DNA from: Mytilus californianus
Taxonomy: Eukaryota
Reading direction: 5' to 3'
Assembly: GCF_021869535.1 (NCBI RefSeq)
Contig: NW_026262690.1
Span: forward strand, 46,996,001 to 47,060,000
Length of the DNA stretch: 64,000 nt
Part shown: piece by piece, positions 38,272-50,892 of the stretch
How the letters are laid out: every line of letters starts with the position of its first letter
Position numbering within the stretch: the first letter of the stretch is position 1
Program-made: the position numbers and the translations under genes
Notes under the pieces: model-generated
Databases searched by the model: none
What the model was told of the DNA's origin: nothing
Seen by the model: the letters and a program-made list of their open reading frames with translations, nothing else

Positions 38272-39079
38272 ATAGAATGCATTCTAGTTAATAGTAAAAT
38301 AGTGCGTAGATCTTGACAAAATCACACCATAATCTTTTCAAGATATCATACTTAAAGCTCAAATGCACTAGCACCGATTACTACAAGAATATATAGGACT
38401 TGTTCGACTTCATCATATCAGGCCTTTGCATAGTATGACATTTAACGTGTGTATCACTGTAAGATGGCAATACAACTTTATCAAGATTTTTGTGAATAAG
38501 TTCATTTAGTTAGAGTTTGATAACAACGGTAAATATTGCAATGTTATCAAGCAATGAGAGTGGCTGTTGTAAATGAAAATAAAGTAGAGATCAAACTTCT
38601 AGCCAAAATTGAACTTTTTGTTGTCTTAACATATTGTACATTTTATGAAAGATTATAATGTTTTTTTTATTAAATGAGAATTGCCCATGGTAAACAAGTC
38701 AGAACGAAACTGACACTCTCTGACATTTCTAACTTTTCTCATTTGAACCCACTTTAATTTTAATTATTCTCAATTTTCCTGGTAAGGACATATTATTGTA
38801 CTTTTAATCATTTAGTTTTAAATTAATACCTCACATCTTCAAAACAGCTTAGAGTGATCATTTTTAGTTGTTCGAAACTATTTTTCTCTCAAACATTGGA
38901 ATGTCAATTAATTTGAAATATTTTGCTGTTTGCATGTAATAATAATTTGACTAGCAGAAGACAATGCATAATTTTGTAAGTAACATATAAAATTGTCCTT
39001 ATATAGTTAACCTAAAAGATTATATCTATAGATTATGCAAAAGCATAACAATTCACAACCACATATAAATTTGTTGTTC

Positions 39080-39176
39080 TTCCCTGGCCGGGATTCGAAC
39101 TCATGCTACTGAGATATCGTGGCACCAAATCGCCGTGCACTGTGCCTGACGCGCTAGACCACTCGACCACCTAGGC
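39080..39176 (-). ncRNA. tRNA-like Pol III module (copy 1 of a 438-bp tandem unit)
   Basis: GCCTAGGTGGTCGAGTGGTCTAGCGCG (A box)...GAGTTCGAATCCCGGCC (B box); long extra arm; does not close as a canonical tRNA. Confidence 0.7.
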
Positions 39177-39517
39177 TCTACAGTAATAAAGCTTTCGGTG
39201 GCCGGGTGTTACCTTTCCTCGTCAGTTTTAATCTAGCTTCGTAACACAGTACATGATATATAAGGCATGAAGATGTAATTGTTACAGATCAGCTGAATTA
39301 TCTATTGTAAAGGACCCTACAAATTAATGTAAGATGCAGTCACAGAAATAATTATATTATAAGTACGTCTGAACCAGTGACGACTCTACAACAGATTTTA
39401 TCCATCGGATCACCAGTGATGGTGATACATGGCTGAAAACACATTCTGTATATATAATTCGTCTAAATAACAGCCCAAAGTTAGATCTGTAAATTTGCGT
39501 TAGCAAATTTTTTGTTC

Positions 39518-39614
39518 TTCCCTGGCCGGAATTCGAACTCATGCTACTGAGATATCGTGGCACCAAATCGCCTTGCACTGTGCCCGACGCGCTAGACCAC
39601 TCGACCACCTAGGC
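39518..39614 (-). ncRNA. tRNA-like Pol III module (copy 2)
   Basis: Near-identical to copy 1, 438 bp apart; B box GTTCGAATTCC. Confidence 0.7.
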
Positions 39615-39653
39615 TCTACAATAATAAAAATCTGTTGTAGAGTCGTTACTGAT

Positions 39654-39800
39654 TCATTTATCATTTAATCCCGGGTTGAGAATGTTTATGAAAAATTCTT
39701 CTTTCTTTATCCGGAGAAATTCGTTATGACGGTTGACCATATACAATGGGAATATTTTAAATCGTCCATTAGAACAACGATGGAAATGGTCGTTAGCCTT
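39654..39800 (-). pseudogene. GIY-YIG endonuclease C-terminal fragment (Penelope-like)
   Basis: ANDHFHRCSNGRFKIFPLYMV...LRIKKEEFFINILNPGLNDK*; the HF...R..E..FI..L.P.LN pattern is typical of PLE endonuclease ends. Confidence 0.7.
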
Positions 39801-39850
39801 GATAATTGTTAAATCTTCATGGTTGGTTTGCTGTCTATCTACAGTCACAG

Positions 39851-39935
39851 GGCTAACGACCATTTCCATAATTGTTCTAATGGACGATTTAAAATATTTC
39901 CATTGTATATGGTCAATCGTCAAAATGATGAATTG
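39851..39935 (+). pseudogene. Inverted second copy of the GIY-YIG fragment
   Basis: 39851-39921 is the reverse complement of 39728-39798 (67/71 by eye); reads ANDHFHNCSNGRFKIFPLYMVNRQNDEL. Confidence 0.75.
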
Positions 39936-39976
39936 AAACCTTTATTATCTTTTTTTAATTTATATATATATATATT

Positions 39977-40731
39977 CAAGTTTAAATTGAAAACAACGTT
40001 CAAACCTATGATTGCGTTGGATAAAAACCGCAATTTTTATACGTGTGCATGCAAAACAAATTTCTTGGTAGAGATGTCTAAATACAGCACAAACAACATT
40101 TTCCAAAAGACCAAACAAGTGGATAAGTATATTTTAACAAAACGCATTTGACTAGCAGGTCGAACAACGGATGTTCCTAAACCCTGCTGAAAGCCATTGG
40201 CGATTGCCAAACAAACGGATCACCAGATGTAACAAAATGGATCTAAACTATTATTTTAATACCAAACAGAAAACAATAAACTTGCGGAAAAGATGGTATA
40301 CCGCAAACAAAAGGTGCTAAAATTAGTACACCATATCCGGATTTCGACAATTAATGTCTCTTCAGTGATGTTAGAAATCGAAACGGTATTTGGAAGGCCA
40401 TATAATTTACCTCAATTTAGGATAGACTCTTGAATTTTGAAGAGTCGAAATAGGATGAACGGCTCATATAAACCCGAAGGCAACTATAATACAAGCCCAA
40501 ACGAAAAAATATAAACAAGTCTAAATTGAAAACAACGTTCAAACCTATGATTGCGTTGGATAAAAACCGCAATTTTTATACGTGTGCATGTAGAACAAAT
40601 TTCTTGGTAGATGGGTCTAAATACAGCACAAACAACATTTTCCAAAAAAAAAAAAAAAAGTGAAAAAGTATATTTTAACAAAACGCATTTGACTAGCAGG
40701 TCGAACAACGGATGTTCTTATACCCTGCTGA
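39977..40731. mobile_element. Tandem pseudo-LTR/retrozyme-like repeat, 539-bp period
   Basis: Direct repeats 39977-40190 and 40516-40731 with a hammerhead between them. Confidence 0.7.
40329..40370 (-). ncRNA. Type I hammerhead ribozyme, intact core
   Basis: CAUCA-CUGAAGA-GACA(UUAAU)UGUC-GAAA-U(CCGG)A-UA/UGGUG. Stem I CAUCA/UGGUG, palindromic stem III AUCCGGAU; predicted cut between 40334 and 40333. Confidence 0.85.
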
Positions 40732-41120
40732 CTGGCATATATATATTGACATACACCCTACATCTCTATTAAAAAAAGAAATACCATGTATCATAATCAC
40801 GGGGTATAATCGCAAAACAGTTCATGTCGGGAACTTAGTGTGCGTTCTGAAGGGACGAAAAAACAACAAGCTGAGGGGGTCATTATATCACATTGAAAAA
40901 TAAATTTATGTACATATTTTATGCACAAAAATGTATCGTTCATGTTGTTGTATGTATGCGAAGTCACTGCATCAAGGTAAATAATGAAATTTCATGTTTT
41001 CCTCGAGCTATTATTACTGTTTTAAAAACATACGAATGTTGTCTAACCAAAAGCTTAAACTGAAATAAAAATTGTTTTAAATATGTACACGAAAAACTTC
41101 ATTTAACAACTGGTGTAATA

Positions 41121-41660
41121 TTTGAAAATCCAAAATCTAATAAAAACGTTGGAAGAGCTAGCTGATCAAAACAAAACCTAAAGTATAGCCTAATCCGGAC
41201 AAGGAATCATGAGGGATATATACTCAGAGTATTCCTTGATTTAAAAGGATTTCAAAGATTTTAAAACAGCAAATTTCAAGCTAGCAATATCAGTATTGTC
41301 ATGCCAGCCTCAAAGTACTGGTTACTGGGCTGGTGATACCCTCGGGGACTAACAGTCCACCAGCAGAGGTGGTAGTAGTTACAAATATGTATGCACCAGA
41401 TGCGCCTTTTGGCAATTAATGTCTCTTCAGTGATGCTTGAGGCCGAAATTTTTGAAAATCCAACCCAATAAAAACGTTGGTAGAGCTGATCAAAACAAAA
41501 AGAACCTAAATTATAGCTAAATCCGGACAAGGTATCAGAGCTTAGCATGAGGGAGATATATTCCCTAATTTAAAATGATTTATAACAAATTTTAAACAGA
41601 AAATTCAATCTAACAATATCAGTATTATCATGCCAGTCCCAAAGGGCTGGTGATACTCTC
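41121..41660 (-). mobile_element. Retrozyme-like tandem repeat (~330-bp period) with a degenerate hammerhead at 41394-41435
   Basis: TTTGAAAATCC...ATCCGGACAAGG...TCATGCCAG block at 41121 and 41451. The hammerhead keeps CAUCA-CUGAAGA-GAC but GUCGAAA is changed to GCCAAAA. Confidence 0.7.
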
Positions 41661-42015
41661 GGAGACTTACAAGTATTGCAAGCGTATTTCCCTTCATAAT
41701 ATATTTTAAATTATTATATATTATTATATATTTAAAACCACTGATCATCTGTACTTTTTAGGGATAAAATAAGAAGATAGAATTAAAACGTCCATGTCAA
41801 GAGATTTTAATATGAAAATAAAGAGATGTGCTATAAATGCCAATGAGACCACTCACCACCAGTTCTGTCCGCAATAGTGATAACATACAAACTGTCTATC
41901 GTCATGGACAGTTTGCAAAATATAAGCCTCCGCCCCGTCATGGGTACTGTAGATGCAGCTAATGACACCTTGCACAGTTTTACAATTTGAGATAGGTAAA
42001 AATATAGCTAGAGTA

Positions 42016-42795
42016 TATGGCAAGCCGTTTTTATATTTATTCAATTTCAAAATATCTTTGAAAGTAAATAAGATATCTTATTACGTATATAAGATATCTT
42101 GTATTCTATATGAGACATCTTATTTGATTTGAAGTTAACAAGACATCTTATATACTTTATAAGATATCATATTAACTTAAAAAGATATCTTTTAAACTAA
42201 ATAAGATATCTTATATAGTTTATAAGATATCTCAAATCTTTTTAAAGATATCTTTTAAAACAAATACTTTATAAGATATCTTGTATAGTTTGATAAGATT
42301 TTCTTTAAAAGTATATAAGATATCTTATTTACTTTATAAGATATCTTATTTACTTTATAAGATATCTTATGAAGTAAATAAGATATGTTATATACTTTAT
42401 AAGATATCTTAGACTATTTAGTTTATACGATATATTATTTAGTTTATTAGATATCTTGATTATTTTAAAAATATATTTTATTTGATTAAAAAGATATCTT
42501 ATTTTGTTTATAAGATATCTATAAAAAAAATATATATAAGATAGATTATATAGTTTATAAGATATCTTTTGAAATAAACAAGATATCTTTTTAACTAAAT
42601 AAGATATCTTATAACCTAAATAAGATATCTTTATAGACTGTTTAATAAGATATCTTATTTAATATTTAAGATATCGTATTTAATATATAAGATATCTTAT
42701 TTAATTTATAAGGTAATTCAATTACGTAACAAGATATCTGTTTAACTTTATAAGATATCTTGAAAATGGAATGAATATAAAAACAATTTGCCATA
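42016..42795. mobile_element. Foldback/MITE with TA flanks and an internal array of palindromic ATAAGATATCTTAT motifs
   Basis: TIRs TATGGCAAGCCGTTTTTATATTTATTCAATTTC vs the reverse complement of GAAAATGGAATGAATATAAAAACAATTTGCCATA; about 30 AAGATAT(C)-type motifs inside. Confidence 0.75.
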
Positions 42796-45700
42796 AAAGT
42801 AAGTTCTCTAATATCTAATAGTGCATTAGGATTTTTTGGCTGTGATATATAATATAATTCTCAAGAATCTGAAGCAATAATTCATTATTCTCGTTGCAAG
42901 ATAAAGGGAAAACGGTAGCATTTATTCTGACATAGGCGACAATACTAACATTTTCTAAATTTACCACTTTTTATGATAAAAACCTGGACAAAACAGTTAG
43001 TTAAATGTGGCATTAGTACTTTATTATTCTGTTTTAGAAATTGAAGTAAAATAGTATCATGACATTATTCGAACGGAGCTTGTTTATGGTATCGATGCCC
43101 ACCGTCATTTTACATCAAATTTATGAAAATTTGGAAGTCTTTTCGAATAAATCTCAAGAAAATATTCCAATGGGTTTCAAAAGTTATATTGTAGATATAC
43201 ACACTGCAGTTATTCATAGATAGATAAAAAATATATATATATTGTACCCTTACATCCAATCACAGCGCTCCTAAGTTGACTTCCTTCACCTGCCTTGGGT
43301 ACACAAAAGGACAAAAGGCCAAACTTAATCCGGGAAAATGTAAAATTATACTACTTTTTCCCCAATAACAAATCTATTTGGAAAAAAAACCCTTGATTAA
43401 TCAGAAACTTGGACCACATCTGGTCAAAAGGTTGATCTTTTTCATATTCCGGGTCATCTTTTGATAGATAGTTTAACGTAAGATGTCGCCATTAAATACA
43501 GCGAAGCGCAATTAGTCAATGGTCTGGACGCATCAGTGCGGAATTTTCACTCGAAATGTCAGTCGGGGATTTTGCTTTTATACATGTATAATAAGACCTT
43601 TTCTTTGACACAACAATCAAAAATACCAGAAAATAAACATATAATAGCAAATTTGTTTATATATATAACAACATTGAACTGAAAAACATCAAACATAATA
43701 GCATTCAAGTAGTAAATTGAAGTAGTACTTGAGTGCTTATTAAAAAATAATGACCGTGAGAAGACGGATCAAGTTCCGTATCAAAATTGCAGGGTTTTTT
43801 TTAATTTAATATCTTCAATAACTTTAGAATTTTCTATACCTGCTCTAAGACATGTTTATCATGAATAAATCTAAGGATGCTTAAGAGGTTTATTACACAA
43901 TTAGCTTAACATGTGTACTTTTATGGACATCCAAATTAAGATTAATATGTCTATTTTTTTACGATAAAATGCGATTTTTTTAAACAACTTGAAATTGTTA
44001 AATTTTATAGATTAAATGCCAATACAAAACCAAACAATTATGAAAGATGGTTATTCCAAAAATAAAATTTTCTTGGAGAAAATGTTAGCTTACCAGTCCA
44101 AATAAACATTTTGAAATAAATTGACTACAAAACTACAAAAAAAGTCTATATAATTCAGAACGACGATTTTTTTTTTGGGTGGTGGGGGGGGGGGAATGTG
44201 ACCATACGAATTTCTTACGACAGGGTGGAAAATAAAGTAGACATATGTCTGTTTTGATTTAAACCATTTTTAGGCGTGTGTTATATGGGGAGATTAATCT
44301 AAAAATTTAGACTACTTTTTGTCTAATTGTCACCGCAGTATTTGTAGTATTAGAGTTGGCGACTCAATTTCCGATCTTTCTTGAGAATGCACAATAACTT
44401 AGTCAGTCAGAGCTTATAACCGATATTATAACAGAAAAAGTCGATTAATCACAGAATTGTTGACAAACAAAAAAATATTAAAGGTGTACATGTAAGCAAT
44501 TAATTACAGGTAAAATACATCCGAAAATACTGATCGTGCTAAAAATTTTCACAAAAGTTTTTTTTCTGTCTAAAAAACAAGTGGAAGTTAATAAGTAGAA
44601 ATTAACAAAAATAGAACATATGTATGGTTAGAATCTAATGTTTACCTCATTTAAAATGTAAGTCTACAAATGCTTTGAAATGCAACACATATAGCTGTAT
44701 ACTGGAAAAGACGAATATATCTAGTTTTTAATTCTCATGTCTGAAGTATAATATCAAAAGCATTTTACTCAGCGCATTATTGTATGATCTGTCATCTGGT
44801 ATTGGTATGCAAATAACACTTTATACACATGTAGCTTTGGTACGTCCGAAACGCTTTTGTGTATTTATCTTCATCAAGAACGATAAAACCCAAAAACAAT
44901 GGAAGCCAGGGATGTACAAATAATTTACGAACTATATGACTTGGTTGACCAAGGGGACATAAAAATAAAGAAAAAAATGTTTGTATTTTTTGTGTCGTTG
45001 CATGTTGGGTTATTGACGTAACTTTACTTGACATCCCCTTTTGTTCATGTGTATGTCTATGTCATACAATCATTTTAAATGCATATAACTCAAATACAAA
45101 CTTGAGAAACATGACTACTTAAGTTCTATAGAATATTTACTCAAGGTTGAAATAAAAGCAATCTAAAACATTGGTTTACGTATACATGCAAAGTGATGTT
45201 ATATATTTCAGAATGAAACTGTTCAATATACTCTTTATATTTGTCTGAGATTATTATTTTTGTGATTTGTAATTTTCTCATCGGACGACAATATTTCTAA
45301 GAAAATTGCGTGTTTCCAGATTATTGTCATTTCATTCCTTGGAAATCGTGTCCTGTATTTAATTTCAATCTATAATACTTCCTGAAATAGGAGTGCTGTG
45401 GAAAAACACAAAACGCTTGAAAACCCATCAAAAACAAGATCAGCTAATGCGCTTTATGTAAGAGTTGAAAGGCGTTATGAAATACGTGAAAGGAATCTTG
45501 ACAGCTATAAAACTTTTTTCAATTGTTACTTGGTTACTTCATATTAAGATTTTAATACAAATTCATTTAACATGCACTAACAGTGACTAGGTGATAGAGA
45601 CTTCCTATATTCGATCACATATGCTTTTAAAAGACTTCAGTTTAGTTTTCAGAAATCAATTACTGATTTAACGCCCACGTAATGACGTATAATTTAATAT

Positions 45701-47819
45701 ATCATATCCAAAGACTGATTGAGTAGAGTCAACAACCAATTCTTCTTCTCTTGCAATAAAATCTTTTTTTTAATATACTTTAGTGTTTGCTCGAAATTCA
45801 AAAGGTTTTTATCGTTTCTCAAATGTTCAATATCCGTTTTATATTCAAACAAATGCATGTAATTCGGTAAAATTCTGCGATACTTGGTTTCGATTGTCTC
45901 AATACTTGAAGTTTTTAAGAAGATCTTAAATTACAATTTTTAGTTTTGCAAAAAAAAAAAGATTGAGCGTGTAGTTTCAAAGAAGAAAACTACTTATTAC
46001 TAAAACCCCTAGAGGCAATATTTTTTTAAAGTTAATCTGACAAAATTAAGAATTTAATATGCTTGTTAACAAAAGAAACGATACAAGGCAATGTATTTTC
46101 CATATATAATGAAATTGGGTACACTGTACCAAGGTAAATAATTGCCCAATTGGTCTAAATTAAATATTTACAGAGTGTTATTTTCTTATCAAAACCAATG
46201 ATTTAAAGCAAATACGCGATTTTTTTTTTTTTGCAATTTTTGTTATTTCAAAAATCGTATTTTCACCAAAAAAATTTAAAAAATCGATATTAGAACTTAA
46301 AACTTAAACATGGTCTGCTTAAAATTTTGATTGCCTTTGCAGATATTTGAATACTTAATTCTAATCTTCGAAATTATGTGCCGACTTTTGTCATCATTTT
46401 CCGCAAAATAAATTTGACCCCTGTGTTCAATAACACGGTATTTTCTCACTTTTCAATTTGGTCAGATTCTTTTCATTGGATAAATGAACAGTTTTTCCTA
46501 TTTATTATTTTTTATGATTAATTGGAGTTCAAACTTGTGTATCGTTACTTTTGTTGACTAATATATGTATTTTAACCAATTTTATTTCAAGCACAGTTTC
46601 AAACTTTTTATGAACTAAATGTAGGACTGTAGATTGACCAGATAAATTAAGATATGAATCACTGTAAGACAACCCAAGATCCAAATTTTCCGTCTTTTTC
46701 TTGATTTGGATATTTCAGGTTCACGTTTGTTCTCCATATACTTACATTTAAGTCAAAAGAGGAGATTTTGCGTTCCCTTTTGTTAATTTTCATTTTTGGA
46801 CGACGATGTTTCTTTGATCCTTCACACTTCTGTAATAAACAACTTCTCTTTCACAGGTTTACCATGCAGACTATAAAAAAAGTTAAGTTGTGCTTCTACA
46901 ATTTCGCTTTCTCTTTTCCTATAATGATTTTTAATATTATTCAAGAGACATACTTCGTCAATCCGGACCCCCATACTCTATAAACCAATCTAGAAATTGC
47001 CTAAATTGGCAGACTCTTGTACAGAAAATGAAGACTACTATTGTTTGACAGAAACCAGCCAAACCTACAGACCTCCAGATAGAAGATAGATAGTTTTTGT
47101 TTTGATTTTTTAGTACAATTTAATTTTCAGACTCTCATATTTGAACTTGAAAGGCAGGCGACTCGTGTTTTCTATAGAAAACACACAACTAAATTTTATA
47201 ATGACCCCGCCAAACAGTGGTCGGCCATATACCTTGTATGTCATTACAAAATACAGCAGTTGTCCCTGACTTTGATTAAATACTTGTATTAAATGTTAGA
47301 TACGTAAAATATATGTATATAATGTAAAAATTCGATAGCATCATTCGTTTAGAGAAGACTAATATGGGATGGTTGCTAGTACTCAACTCTCCATATATTT
47401 TTGTGACAGTAAAAATTACTCGTACCTCAGTACATGTCGTGCCACCCTTTCCTAATTTATTTTCATTTCCTAGCTACAAAATGTATCTCCTTGATATACT
47501 GCGGGGGCCTTAAACATCAATAATTAAAAGTCTTTTATTTTTTGACGTTCTTCTTTAGACTTTGGCCACCACAAGACATACTGTAAAGACATCAATAGAA
47601 AATTATATCGATCATTTGATATGTTTTAAAAACAATTAAAACCATCTAAAGGTCTGAAAAGTTTTAAATGACGACTGTCTCTATACCGGTGAAACCTTCA
47701 CACAGTTCTTTAAACAATTGGAATTTACATCTGTTACTTATAGTATATAGTGTGCTGAATTTACAATTGCTAAACAGTACCTTCATACCAGCTGTCTGAC
47801 GAATATAAATTCTATTATA

Positions 47820-48050
47820 TAAGAATAAGAAGATGTAGTATGATTGCCAATGAGACAATACTATAAAATGACGTAGAAGTTAGCAATTATAGGTCACCAT
47901 ACAGCCTTCAACAATGAGCAAACCCCATACCGCATAGCAGTCTATAAACGGCCCCGAAATGACAAATGTAAAAATCTTCAAGTAGAAACTAATGAACTGA
48001 TTTATGTACAAAACAATACATGAAAAAACAAATATGACATACAGAAATGC
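47820..48050 (+). repeat. Abundant interspersed repeat copy
   Basis: Matches 5388-5632. Confidence 0.8.
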
Positions 48051-48755
48051 AAGCAGTCTTAATAATTAACATTGTTTAGATATCGATATATTTTGCATTA
48101 AGTTTTCTCATAAAAGATTCATTAATTGATATAATCTAGATTTTCACAGGATCATAAGACAAAATGTATCAACTTCTGTTAAAACTGATTGATACTTGTC
48201 TATAATATTCTGTTTCAAGGGATTGTGAGATTTAGATGAATAATATGCCAACTGGGTTTATTGAAAATCCGCTGGTTTTATTAGTTTTACTGAACCTGTC
48301 GCGACATGAATTATTATGAAGTGCTTTTGTATTTGTCTTATCCATGACTATTCCAACAATTAAACATCCCCCTCCATGAAATGCACGGTGTCGTCAGATT
48401 CTGAATTAAGCTGATTTAAAACATTTATATATTTTGTTTGTGTTTTCCAAACTGTAAATTTCATTTACACATTGCACTAGTGATTGTATACTTGATATAT
48501 AATTGATAGCTGTCATCTCCCTCAATGAAGCCAATACCACAAAACATTTAGAGTATAATATGAATATGTGATATTTTATAAGAAATTGAAATATTTTATT
48601 CAGTTTAAAGGTAATACTTAGATTTTCAAATTTTTTAGAATATAAAAAAATAATTATATGAAATATTAAATTTTAAAATATCATCTAATGAATGTGCAAT
48701 GTTACGGAAGCGTTTCAGTTAAAAAAAAATTATATTTCTTCCTATGTTTGCATTA

Positions 48756-48900
48756 TAGCGCAAACCTTTGCGAAATAATGTAAACCTTTGCGTAATAACG
48801 CAAAACTTTGCGATATATTTTTTGCGATATAACGTAGACCTTTTGCGTGATATCGCAAACCTTTCCGAAATAGCGCAAACCTTTGCGAAATAACGCAACC
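48756..48900. repeat. ~20-bp tandem repeat (AATAACGCAAACCTTTGCGA)
   Basis: About 6-7 diverged copies. Confidence 0.8.
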
Positions 48901-49104
48901 ATTTGTTTTATCTTATTTCATATTTCAAGGGAAGCAGCTGTTATAAATGGAGCAGGTTGCATGTATTAATTTTATCACTCTGCACATATTAACCACATAT
49001 CATGGCATAATAATAAGCAGGAGAAAAATACAAAGAAACTTGAGAAAATTGAAGTTGTACCGAAGAAAATAACAAAAAAATCAAAGTAAACACAAGGAAA
49101 TGTG

Positions 49105-49210
49105 TTATGATTGCCAATGAGACAACTATCCACCAAAGTTCAAATGAAGTGGACGTAAGCAGTTTTAGGCAAGCTTACGGCCTACCACAACGAGAAAAGC
49201 CCATACCATA
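49105..49210 (+). repeat. Abundant interspersed repeat, short copy
   Basis: ATGATTGCCAATGAGACAACTATCCACCAAAGTTCAAATGAAGTGGA matches 21665 onward. Confidence 0.8.
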
Positions 49211-50630
49211 TATAAATAACCCTGTTAATTAGTTTTTATGTGTAATCTGCAATATTTGAAAAATAGAAAAAAATGGTATCTAAAAAATTTGTTTTAAGAA
49301 TTTTGATATTAAATATTTTGCCATACCCACGAATGTTAGTCCATGCCTTTACATTTTGCAATATTCATTGCTAGCTCCTGACTGTATTGCCGAATACAAT
49401 TTTTCTTGGTATATACAACACATCATAAAAATGTGAAGCTTTTTCCAGGAGCATATCTTGTTTTATCTTTGAAATGTTCTTTCTGTACTTTTAATTAAAA
49501 TAAACATTAAGTATTGCTCTTCTTTGAAATCATTATCAAACTCAAACAATTAACAAATTCTTGTTTTTTAATCATGTGCAGAGGGTGATTTTTCAAACAG
49601 TTAAACAGTTGAACCACTCATAAAGCTCCGTATAAAAGTAAGATTATTGTTTTGTGCATATAGCATTAATATAATGAATTATTATTGTATCTTCGTTTCT
49701 GTTGTTGGATATACGCTTATATGTTTTCCTGTCTGCTGAATTAATTATCGTCTCGCTTATTTGCACGAACAAATCGCAAATGAAAGGTGAAAGCAAATAC
49801 GCTTTTTCAATTATCCATTCATTTATCAATTGCAAAAAAGAAGACAGATCTTACATCACTTATTGTCTAGTCTTCAAAATAAATCAAACATCTTAACTGA
49901 CGATTTCCTGGTTTTTTATATGTTTAGTTGTATTATATGAAAAAACAAAGTATTATAGTCAATTCTTTCAGCACACAGAAAAAGGTGACATGTATTCTTG
50001 ACATTGAATATCGCGTGTTTTATCCAAGACAACACAGCAAATGTATTACCATTATCATGTAAGACAATACCTTTTATTTCTTTTGGTGAAGAAATACTAG
50101 GATTTCCAAGTCAAATAGAACCGATAATTTCAAATGTAAAATAAATCCTGTAATTTCATAATTTTAGTTTGACCTTTAACGTCATGTGTACAACAAAAGG
50201 TGGTACCGAGACGTCTATGGTGTTGCTTCAAATCGATGAGAGAACGCATAGAAAAAGATATAGTTCGTTGCATTTTACTTTATTTACCGTAAAAGCCAAT
50301 GTAATGAAAAGAATTACTTATCCATGCATTGAAATATAGAAAACGTATTCGTGTACGACTTTGATACCAGTAGAGCTATAGAAAAACAGTACATTTTATT
50401 ATTATACGGGTGTTACACGGACACTTTTTAGAAGATACACGGACACTTTTTATGAATAGAATCACTCGTGCATGATCAGTGAGTTCATGGGCACTTTAAA
50501 TTTCAATTAGATTTGAACTTTTTGTTTCACCGACATATTTCCTGTCTTTTTTATTAAAATATTTACGTGGCCATCAATAAATTTATTTTTTTCAAACAAT
50601 TCCAGTATATTACTATTCATATCAGTACAC

Positions 50631-50892
50631 TAAAAGATTGACCATTTATCTTCAAAAGGGGGGTTATGGTTTTTACCTAAAAAAATATTCTGACCCGCAA
50701 TTTAATGAGAAAAAATATATTGTGGTCAAGCAGATGACAAAATAATGTTCTGATTCCTGATTTTCCGAATAACGTATATAATAGTGCTAATTTGGAAAAA
50801 AAAATATTTTGGTGATAGCGTTGAAAAACTAAATAATTTTCTTACTCAGAAAAAAACATACCCCCTTCTGAAGCTAAATGGTCGGTCCTTAA
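50631..50892. mobile_element. Small TIR element, possibly Kolobok-like
   Basis: TAAAAGATTGACCATTTATCTTCAAAAGGGGG vs the reverse complement of CCCCCTTCTGAAGCTAAATGGTCGGTCCTTAA; TTAA at the right end. Confidence 0.4.

Noticed and set aside
39080-39614. Possible true tRNA genes
   Set aside because: The acceptor stem does not close and the arm lengths are non-canonical; they are embedded in a tandem repeat, so treated as tRNA-derived.
41853-42010. Minus-strand frame reading ...CKLSMTIDSLYVITIADR, a possible GPCR TM3 exon
   Set aside because: Cys-to-Arg spacing is 17 rather than 25, there is no donor inside the Arg codon, and no TM2 precedes it.
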